Assembly: GCA_029717555.1 (NCBI GenBank)
Contig: JAMDHS010000064.1
Location: 62,001 to 121,364 of the forward strand
Source: Peribolospora baueri
Lineage: Eukaryota
Reading direction: 5' to 3'
DNA length: 59,364 bases
The notes under the pieces: generated by a model
The model's input: the letters and a program-made list of their open reading frames with translations, nothing else
Told to the model about the DNA's origin: nothing
The model's database searches: none
Program-made: the position numbers and the translations under genes
Shown: one piece after another, positions 50,177-59,364 of the stretch
Numbering within the stretch: the stretch's first letter is position 1
How the letters are laid out: every line of letters starts with the position of its first letter

Positions 50177-51588
50177 TTATCGGGACGAGTCCGCGATGGG
50201 ATTGGCATGTACGGTTACCTGGAGAGAAGTACGGCAGAGGCAGAAGGGAACGGACGCAGGAAGACGTCAGCGGCCAATCCCATCCACGCGCGGAAGCAGA
50301 AGCTAAAAGAACGCCAAGCAAAAGAGAGGAACATAGACGAGATCGCGCTCACATTCTTCAACTTGATCTCGTGTAACGGCCTGTGCTTCTCATTGACGGG
50401 CACCTTCTCCATCGCGTCTAGCGTCGAGTCTTGTCCGTCGATGACCCTGACGATCGATGCAGACGTGCGGATGGCGACGTAAAAGAGGGATGGGCATGAG
50501 AGGGGATGTACACGGGGACATGAAAAAATAGATGAGTTGATCGAGCCGGGTACGAAGCGCGACTCACTTGCCGAATATTGTGTATTTTCCGTCGAGGTGC
50601 GGCTGCTTGGCGTACGTGACAAAAAACTGGGTTGGGAAAGTACGACAGAGATGAATAGGGCCGCAGTAATGAGCTCGAGGGTCATTTAAACAACGTGGGA
50701 ACCCGAGGCTTGGGGCCCTACATTGTCGCCGCGGGCCACGCGCAAAAGGACGACACTACGCGCTCGTGCTCGTGCTCACCTGTGACTTGTTCGTATCAGG
50801 TCCACTGTTTGCCATAGCGACAATGCCTCGCGAGTTGAACTGAGCTCATTCAGGCACGATGAAAGGGAAACGGGAAGGAGAACGGATAGGCGTAAGGGCA
50901 AAAGGAAATCGCCTTCACGTCCTCGATCGACCTCTGGAGCTGTCGGATGCTGACCTTCAACGTTGTCCGGATCTCATCATTGAAAGCGCGTCCCCAGATG
51001 GATTGCCCTCCCTTTCCTGTTCCGGTCGGGTCACCGGTCTGTGAGGTGCGGCAGTAGAAGGGGTAAGAGTTGGAGAATAAGCTCCGCTGGTTTGCAGTGT
51101 AAATCGATGAGTGATCTGGGAGACGCACTTGGACCATAAACCCTTTGATGCTATGAGGAGAGGAGAAAAGATTCGGGACGGTCAGCTGATAAAGATTGAG
51201 GCCGGGAATAGAGACACTCACTTGCGGTGCCATATCAGATTGTCGTAGGAGCCGGCAGCGCAGAGACCGAGGAAGTTCTGTGGAGACGCGGGGAACGCGA
51301 GGACAAGACGAACGGATCAGCACGATGGAGCCGTGAGCAAGGTCGGGACATCTCGGCGGAAGACTTCTCCGCAACCGGCATCCACGCAAAACGAAATGGC
51401 CGACCTGATGGTCCCCTCACCTCGGCTGTCTTCGGGACCGCCTCGCAGAAGACCTCGATCTGCCGGCGCCCGAAGGGGGAGAAGGGAAACAGCACATCAT
51501 CAATTGAGATACAGAGGCTCAAGGCCTATGCTGTCACCAGCACACGCACCTTGAGATCTCCTAATGTGGTGTGCAGCGTCACAGACAT
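50177..51588 (-). CDS. PPIL3: Cyclophilin-type peptidyl-prolyl isomerase-like 3 (Cyp10)
   Basis: Spliced MSVTLHTTLGDLKIEVFCEAVPKTAENFL...[23 protein letters not shown]...[41 protein letters not shown]...VTVHANPIAD. Confidence 0.96.
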
Positions 51589-52473
51589 CTTATGGTCGTA
51601 GTGGAAAGGGGGCAGAGAGGCAACGTCGTTCGAAGACTTGGCCTGAGCGTTGCCGACTTGGAAGCGCGCCGATCACAATTGCGGGTCGTGCACGTGACCT
51701 CAGGCATCGATGGTGAGTGTCCCCAAGAGAAAGGCATTTCACTTTTTCCATTCCGACGACTTCTTGCAAGCCAGTCCCGGAAGACTGGGGGAATGGAGGA
51801 TGGCCACAAAGTCGGAAAGCGGGTGCGTCGCCCGGCGCCTGTGGAGGGGGGCGCCTTGCATCCGTTTGCCCCTCGGCATAGACGTTGGTCCGACCGAGCA
51901 CGCCCATTCCAGCGCTCGGTTCATTGTGCCCCGCCGGCACTACTTAAATGTCCTGCCTGCTAAGCGGTCTCACGGCGACGGTTGGCTGGTATCATCGCTT
52001 ACGTGTCTCGTTTGACGGACACGGCTCCTTCCCCAGATTTTATCTTCCTCCAGCCGGCTTCCTTCCCCGCATCAGATGCTCCACATTCGGGGCCTCGGCT
52101 TGGTTGGGCCTCACCCGTTGCCTGAATGGGCGAATAGCGCTGTCTACCCCAAAGGCTGAAGGCGTGGAGAACATCCACACAGCTAGCTATTCTCCGCTTT
52201 TTCATCTTTGCTTATCGGGTCGCATCGGAAGGTTGTCAAGCCATCGACGTTCTGTTCTCTCTGAGCTCGTCCACATGGTTGGCGCGTGGCGTCAACCGTC
52301 GGGGTCGCTCTGAGCGGGGAAGCGAGTTCCGGAAGCCACAGGTAGCCGGCTTCGAAGGTTCAAAAGCAGACCAGATCTCCACCGTAGATCCTTACACTCC
52401 ACTCTCTCCAGTCGTCTCGTCTCGTTCCTCTTTTACATTTCATCCAATCGTCCTCGCAACGCCACAAGAGAAG

Positions 52474-55224
52474 ATGGCCACCGTAGATCCGTCCAGCGCC
52501 TTGCCCAACCCGCCCAAGCTCAGCGCTACGGTGTCACACCTCGAACACCCTGCACCTCCAACGACAAACGCAAGCGTCGATGCAAAGTCAATCGCCGCGT
52601 CCTGGCTCACCGACTTCTCTCAAGCGATCGCCTCTTCCAAGCCGGAAGAGGCGGTGACGGCCCTCTTCCTCCCCAACGGCTACTGGAGGGATTTGCTCTC
52701 CCTCAGCTGGGACTTCCGCACGCTCCACGGTCACGACAAGATCAAGGCGTTCTTGGCACAGGACAGCGACCTTTTCAAGAAACGTGGCCTCAACGCCATC
52801 CGCGTCTCTGGAGAGCCGGCGCTCGTCCAGGGAAGCCCCGAGCACGAATGGGTCCAGACCTTCTTCGAGTGAGTGGACATCCGCGCCGGTTCTTCGATCG
52901 CTCAGCCCGTCGACCCTTACCAGGAACCACCTTCGGTTTTCTCTTTCCTTCCGTTCCCATTCAGCTTCGAAACCTCTGTCGCCCGCGGCCGAGGTCTAGT
53001 CCGCCTGATGCGCGACCCCCAAGACCGTACGGAACAGACCTGGAAGGCCTTCACCTTCTACACTGGCATAGAAGAGATGAAGGGTCACGAGGAAAAGTCA
53101 GGACCGACGAGGCCTAGGGGCGTCAACCACGGTGAGCACGAAGGACGCGTGAGCTGGAAAGCACGCAGGGCCGCTAAGAAAGATTTTGTCGATTCTGAGC
53201 CCGAGGTAAGCTAGCATATCGGCCATCTCTATCCATTCCTTGAAGAGAGAGGGGGGAGACTCTCTCTTCTTATGCACTTCCGTCGCTGATTTTAATTGAG
53301 CCGTCTGACAGGTCGTCATCGTTGGTGCGGGCCAAGCCGGCTTGACCGTGGCTGCGCGCCTCGGTCAACTGGGCGTAGACACGCTGATCGTCGAGCGCAA
53401 TGCACGGATCGGAGACAATTGGCGCAAGCGTTATGATTTTCTCGTGCTTCACGATCCCGTGTGGTACGACCATTTGCCTTACATAAACTTCCCTCAGAAC
53501 TGGCCCATCTTCACTCCCAAGGACAAGGTGAGTCAGACGTCCCAAGGTGTTGTTTGTGCCGCCCTCGGAGAGTAAACCTTTACCCCGTCTCCCTCCCCCT
53601 CTCCATCCAGCTCGCAGACTGGTTCGAAGCCTACGCCGCGTCGATGGAGCTCAACATCTGGCTCTCCACCGAGCTCCAGTCAGCCGTCTACGACGACGCG
53701 TCGCGCAAGTGGACCATCAAGGCCACCCGCCCCGACGGCACCGAGCGCTGCCTCCGCCCCGCTCATCTCGTCATGGCAACGGGCCACTCTGGAGAGCCGA
53801 ACATTCCCCACTTCAAGGGTCTCGACAAGTTTAAGGGCCAGGTGTGCCATTCAAGTCAGCACGGAACGGGCGCCAATTGGCGCGGTAAAAACGCCGTCGT
53901 CGTGGGATGTTGCAACTGTGAGCCCGTGCTCTCGATTGCCGGTCTTTGGCCTGCAATATCTTTCTCGTGGCGTGCATTCGCCTTTCGCTGACGACCTTTA
54001 AATTATACTCTTTTTCGGCTGCCGCTGTTTAAAGCCGGGCACGACATTGCACACGACTTCTACGTGAGTGTATCTCTTGATGTCTCTACCCTGCAAGTCC
54101 AGAGACCAAGACCAGTAGCTCTAAACCGATTTCCCCCATTCCCGCTGTCTGTCTTGATTGTTATAGGAGAGCGGCGCCAAGTCCGTGACGATGGTACAGC
54201 GGTCTAGTACCTACGTGATGAGCTCCGACTCGGTGCTTGACATTCTCATGAAGGGACTCTACGACCAAGGTGAGTTTTCACGGTGGGGACCCACAAGGAC
54301 GTGGGGGACACGCAGGGTTGACCGAGACCGCCCCCCGGTCTCTTGCACCATCCGCAGACGGCCCTTCGGTCGAAGACGCGGACGTCCTCTTCAACTCGGT
54401 ACCCAACCCGCTCTACCTCACTCTGCACAAGCACGTCACTCAACGGATCGCGGAATACGACCGTGAGACACTCGACGGCCTTCGCAAAGCCGGCTTCAAA
54501 CTCGATTTCGGTCCGAATGATTCAGGCTTCCTCATGAAGTACTTTACCAGGGGCGGGGGGTACTACCTTGACGGTGAGCATGCATTCTGATTTCAAAGGC
54601 ATCGCGCTAGTTTCGTCGGCGCGAGATCTAGACCCTGAATCCAATCGTCGCTCTTGCGCATTCAGTCGGAGCTTCAAAGCTCATCGCGGACGGAAAGATC
54701 AAAATCAAGCAAGGCAAAGAGATTGACTACTTCGATGACGACGGCGTCGTCTGTGCGTACGAAGTCTCTTGACTCGATTTGGGGACACCCGTCTCACTAG
54801 GGCTTTCTTGCTTCCTTTTGTCGCCACGTCCTTTAGTCGAGGACGGGTCCAAGCTCCCTGCGGATGTCGTGGTTCTCGCAACCGGGTATCAGAACATGCG
54901 CACCACTGCACGTCGCATTTTGGGAGACAAAGTTGCCGATCGGGCTAACGACGGTGAATTTCGCTGCCCCTCTCAACGATTCGCGTCTGGCGTCGAACAG
55001 GCGGTTCCGACGGCCCCCGCTCACGCACACTTTACTCGCCCTGTCCTCGCGCCTTGCTCGCAGTTTGGGGCCTCAACGAGGAGGGAGAGATCCGGACAAT
55101 GTGGCGCTTCTCCGGCCATCCTGGCTTCTGGTTCATGGGCGGAAACCTCGCCCTGTGCCGGTTCTACAGCAAGCGACTGGCGCTCCAGATCAAGGCCATT
55201 CAGCTCGGCCTTCACCGACAGTAA
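52474..55224 (+). CDS. Flavin-containing monooxygenase, type II/YUCCA-related, with N-terminal extension
   Basis: GAGQAG (FAD), GDNWRKRYDFLVLHDPVWYDHLPY, ATGHSGEP, FKGQVCHSSQH (FMO fingerprint variant), VVGCCNSGHDIA (NADPH-site variant) and ATGY. The N-terminal block is LFLPNGYWRDLLSLSWDFRT. Confidence 0.93.
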
Positions 55225-55460
55225 TTCCGGCAGTGTGATTCGATTTTCGGACCGGTTTCTCTCCTCTCCTTTCCTCTCTCAACGTGTACGTATGCCTCAG
55301 ATGATGTGCGAAAGAACAAAAGACGCCGCGTTACAAACAGGTCTACATATTAGAGACATGGGGGCAAGATACATGGAAATGTCTAGGTGTCGATCAAGAG
55401 TGGTACATGTGGGAGAATCGCAAGTGTCCATGGCCGGCCGACGAACAGGGGCATCTCCGT

Positions 55461-56465
55461 CTACTTCACGTCTCGTCCCCTGACCGTGGCCCTTCCCTCA
55501 GCGTCCGTGATATCAAACTGAATCACAAAGAACGTCTTCGAGCCGTCCCTCGTCTTGCACTCGTACCGCACAGGCTGGCCGTCCCAGTACCTCCGCAGGT
55601 CAAAGCTCATTCCCCCGGAGAAGGGGATCCCGAGGCTGAGATCGGAAAAGTTGACGAACCCGTTCATAAAGTCGCAGGTGACAACGTCGCGCGGGGTGAT
55701 GCGCACCGACGACCGTCGTTCGGCCGAGGAGAAGTGACTTCGTCGGACGTCGTGCGGCCTGGGCGGAGAGGTAAAGTCGGGTAGCTTGGCGGGGGATACG
55801 CCGGTCGTAGGATCCAGCTCGTCCTCGTCACCGTCGTCGGACGCAATGTAGAAGAGAGGCGTCACATTGTCCTCGACATCCGTCTCGGCCGTCCAGCCCG
55901 CTTCCGTGGAGGGGAAGGCGGGCCAGCCGCCCTTAGCGAACTCGTGCTGCGCGTCGCCTGACACGTCCGAGGTCGCCGCCGTCCCGGGCAGCCTCGTCAC
56001 GTTTAACCTCTGCATGGTGGCAACGAGCGGGCTGACCGCCCACGGTTTGTCGGCGTAGAGGTCACATGTCAGGCTAGGATCGATGACCTTTGCGAACTGG
56101 ACCGCCGCGCTCGTGCCCCACGGCAGCGAGTCTCGGATGGGCCGGTCAAAGAAATTGCCGAAGACGATGTCGTCGGCCGAATACGACCCGTCCTCCGAGT
56201 CGGAGCTGGGCAGAAAGCGACCCTGTATGACGATGCTCCATGTCATGCCGTGGCCGTTGGTGCCGGGACCCGCGTCGAAGTACGGCGACGACTCGCGGTG
56301 GTCCACGCCAGCCGGGTCCTCGCCGGTGAAGTCCTTGATGCGCACAGCGATGCGGCCGACAAAGTGACGGGAAGCAACAACAAACGGTATGTCATCGTGG
56401 TTGACGGCAACGGCGGAAAGCGAGTCTGGCGACGGCCCGGCGGTGACGCTTAGGCGTGGTGCCAT
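55461..56465 (-). CDS. DUF1769 domain-containing protein (intronless)
   Basis: Motifs FVGRIAVRIKDF, TWSIVIQGRF, DDIVFGNFFDRPIRDSLPWGT, DLYADKPWAVSPL, DFMNGFVNF and FDLRRYWDGQPVRY match the recalled fungal DUF1769 family. Confidence 0.85.
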   Translation of the reverse strand: MAPRLSVTAGPSPDSLSAVAVNHDDIPFVVASRHFVGRIAVRIKDFTGEDPAGVDHRESSPYFDAGPGTNGHGMTWSIVIQGRFLPSSDSEDGSYSADDIVFGNFFDRPIRDSLPWGTSAAVQFAKVIDPSLTCDLYADKPWAVSPLVATMQRLNVTRLPGTAATSDVSGDAQHEFAKGGWPAFPSTEAGWTAETDVEDNVTPLFYIASDDGDEDELDPTTGVSPAKLPDFTSPPRPHDVRRSHFSSAERRSSVRITPRDVVTCDFMNGFVNFSDLSLGIPFSGGMSFDLRRYWDGQPVRYECKTRDGSKTFFVIQFDITDAEGRATVRGRDVK

Positions 56466-57490
56466 GGTAGCGGGCCGGAGGAAGGAGCGACGATGGTGAA
56501 CGTCGTGTGTACGAACGCAATCGGACAAGGCAGCTTATGTAACACTTGGCCATCCTTCCCTTCGCCGCAGCAGATGTCACGTGCAAATGGGAGGACATGG
56601 ATGCGAACGGGCCATCGACCATTCCGGTCGCGCGACACGGCGTAGTGATCCGAAAACAACACACGCTGTTTCAACGAAACCGGCGTCCGTCTTCAGAAAT
56701 GAATGTCTCAAGCCCGGTGGGGTAAGCGTTTGATGGAACACTTACGCTACTATAGCTCGACCGAACAGCTCACACTATGACATGTGCGTCTGCTCCGAAA
56801 ACAACGGACGCGTGTGCTGTTTTGGAGCGCCATAGAATGCGTGCTCCCTTAATCAGGCGGGGGGTTCACTAAAATCTGAACGGGATTCGTCTCCTGCTCG
56901 TCCACTTCCTACGGAATAGGCACTCTTCTTCTTCTATAACCATCTCACAGCAGCACACCAGACGGATGCGGTGGTCGGGACGTGGAAATGCTGTGAATCT
57001 ACTCACCATTTCGCACCCATCCGGTGATGGCACCCTGATTCAACTTCACACTTTGCTGTGGATGCGACATCGACACTGAAGCAAACAGCCGGAAAGGTAG
57101 AGATGGGGCCATGGACAAGACGGGGTGCTCAGCGTTGGCCTCACCGCCTAAGGTATAAGAAGACCGGCTCTCGTCGGTGTCCTCTCCATTTCCTTCACCA
57201 GCAGCCCAGAGCTCTCTCTCTATTCTCCATCTAGATCTTACAATTTCCCTAGATCAGTGAGTTTAAGTCTCTTCCTTTTATTGAGCGCCCTCACCCTCCT
57301 TTTCTTCACTCCAGCAACAGCCCAGCGAGCCGTCTCTCAATTTGCCTCATCCACCACGCAACCACCTAGGTTCAAGTATCTCTATTTTCTTAAACGCCGT
57401 AGCTTGTGTGCAACTGACCTTTTCGGCCGCCGTACTCACAATAATAGCTGTGATTCCCCTACTCATACTGGTTTTGGCTGCCGTATTAAC

Positions 57491-58956
57491 CCTGGTTTTG
57501 CGACCTAAGGCGTGCGGTGCCGGTCGCTGCTGCGGGGCCCTCGACTGGGGATGCGGCCTGGGGATGCGGCAGATGGAGGGGTGGAGGTCAAGATGAGCTG
57601 CGGTGGAAAGACATCAGAAGAGTCGCTGGTTGGAGGTGTTCGTGGAGGGGCATCGGACGGCGCTCAGGGGTCCGGAGCTCCGACAATCACAGCCACGCGC
57701 CAACGCGTTTTCCCTTCCACTTCTACGATTACCGCCCTTGGTGTTGGCGTCCCTCCTCCCATGCATAAGGTGAGAACTTCCAAAACCTCCCTCTCATTGA
57801 TTGTGCTGATCTTAACCAATGCTCTCTTTTCCTCTGGTAGGTACCGGCCTTGGTGCGGAGGAGGAGGTGATGCGGGGGGGTGGGTTGGCTTCGCATGCTG
57901 CCTGTGGGCTGGCATCGCGTCCCGCCTCCAATGCACACGGTGAGTACTTCCAAAACCCTCCCCTCTTATTGACTGTGCTGACCTTAGCCAATGCTCTCTT
58001 TTGCTCTGGTAGGTCCATTATATCCCTTCCTACACCCATGGACCTTGATGCAGAGGAGGTGCGATCATTGGGGACCAAACCCAATGATCGAGCCCCCCAC
58101 CCCCTCTTTCCTGGTGGTAACCTTCAGACTCCAATGCACAAGGTGAATACTTTCAAAACCTCCCCCTTCATCGACTGTGCTGACCTTAACCAATGCTCTC
58201 CTTTCCTCTTGTAGGTCCATTATACCCCTTCCTTACCCATGGACCTTGATGCAGAGGAGGTACGATCATTGGGGACCAAAATCACCAATTGATCAGGCCA
58301 CCCGCACTGGTGTTGGCCTCCCGCCTTCAATGCACAAGGTGAGCACTTCCAACCCTCTCCCCCCAATGTATATGCTGACCTTGAGACCAATGTTCTCTTC
58401 GTGCTTTGGCAGGTCCATGATCATTGGGTAGACCACCCCTTTGATCCTCTCCTCTCCTCTATATTGGACTTGATGCAGAGGCGGTGGAGATCATTGGGGA
58501 AATTGGGCACCCCATTGATCTCACTCTTCTGGTGTTGACCTCCCGCCTCCAATTCACAAGGTGAGCACTACCAAACCCTCTCCCCCTCATTGACTGTGCT
58601 GACCTCAACCAATGCTCTCTTTTGCTCTGGCAGGTCTATGATCATAGGGGCTGGGACCCTTTGATCAGACCTTGATGCTTTGAAAGCGGAGTGGCGGCAC
58701 AGGCTGGTCCTGCGCCGCAGGTAATCGTAGGGAAGGGAGACGCGGGCCGTGGTTGGGCGTCGGCAGTGGACGGCCCCTGGCGCTCGTCAGCCCCTGAACA
58801 CTTTTCGACCAGCGACTTGAGGGAGAGGTCTCTCTCATAGGCGGTTTGTTGCGACTTCCCCACTCCAAAGTCTGTCGCAAAACCAGGTTGCAGAGCCATA
58901 CTCGGGTCTTGTTGGTGGACGGCAGGCACCAGCATGACCTTTGGTCGCAAAACTAG
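57491..58956. mobile_element. Putative non-autonomous element bounded by inverted repeats
   Basis: CCTGGTTTTGCGAC (57491-57504) is the exact reverse complement of GTCGCAAAACCAGG (58874-58887). A second near-copy GGTCGCAAAACTAG (58943-58956) ends in CTAG followed by T12. No transposase is present. Confidence 0.4.
57740..58680 (+). repeat. Tandem array of ~170-220 bp exon+intron units (5 near-identical introns)
   Basis: Introns 57770-57840, 57940-58012, 58143-58214, 58339-58412 and 58561-58633 share GTGAR.ACT..CAAA.C...TGCTGAYC...CCAATG.TCTC...YAG. The flanks share ATGCACAAG| and GACCTTGATGCAGAGG. Confidence 0.9.
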
Positions 58957-59141
58957 TTTTTTTTTTTTAGCAGATTACAGCTACAGGTACCCGCACGGAC
59001 CTTGGCCGCAAGGCCTCCTTCCTATTTCCCCTTTCTTTCCCTCCCTTTCCACCCACAGGCACAGACAAGCCATTGACCAGGATCTCCTTCCATCGACAGG
59101 CATCTCAGGGTCACTCTCACTTTTATCTCCCCCTTTTTACA

Positions 59142-59224
59142 CAGGTACCATCAAGCCTCGACACATCCACCCATCAATCCATCAACCTCGACCTTTTTTT
59201 CTCTCTCCCCTTCTCCCCTTCTCT

Positions 59225-59255
<31 letters not shown>

Positions 59256-59330
59256 CCCAGGTACCATCAAACCCATCCATCAATCCATTAACCTCGGCCT
59301 TTTTTTCTCTCTCCCCTTCTCCCCTTCTCT

Positions 59331-59362
<32 letters not shown>

Positions 59363-59364
59363 CC
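59142..59364. repeat. Two-copy ~110-bp pyrimidine-rich tandem repeat, each copy ending in T29-30
   Basis: CAGGTACCATCAA...CATCAATCCATYAACCTCGRCCTTTTTTT(T)CTCTCTCCCCTTCTCCCCTTCTCTCC(T)n occurs at 59142 and 59258 and runs off the window. Confidence 0.9.

Noticed and set aside
46230..56465. JMJD4-TRAX-PPIL3-FMO-DUF1769 as a biosynthetic or functional gene cluster
   Set aside because: No backbone synthase, transporter or cluster transcription factor; the genes are mostly unrelated housekeeping functions.
57740..58680. CRISPR-like repeat-spacer array
   Set aside because: Eukaryotic context, the repeats are ~72-nt introns, the spacers are homologous to each other, and there are no cas genes.

Overview
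GC-rich, intron-dense fungal genomic DNA. A basidiomycete origin is inferred from the intron style (GT(G/A)AG...CTRAC...YAG, mostly 60-130 nt) and from the gene families. I assembled about 15 genes by hand from splice signals: a secreted dibasic-repeat protein with a CPL1/PriA-like Cys-rich domain, a ~1877-aa PRRC2/BAT2-like low-complexity protein, NDUFS3, SPF27, a BCK1-type MAPKKK, MED6, an Ecd/SGT1-family gene, CAP2, a divergent OSCA/TMEM63 (CSC1/RSN1)-like protein, LMW-PTP, GID8, JMJD4, TRAX, PPIL3, a type II FMO and a DUF1769 protein. Structure the ORF track does not show includes two box C/D snoRNAs in consecutive GID8 introns, a 5-nt microexon at the LMW-PTP catalytic loop and a 6-nt microexon in JMJD4. 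It also includes a decayed multi-exon orphan locus next to a Ty3/Gypsy integrase fragment (21.8-26.3 kb), and an inverted-repeat-bounded ~1.45 kb element near the right end carrying five near-identical introns in a tandem exon-intron array. Family assignments and rRNA target sequences come from recalled motifs, not database searches. Most of the supplied ORFs are GC-driven shadows.
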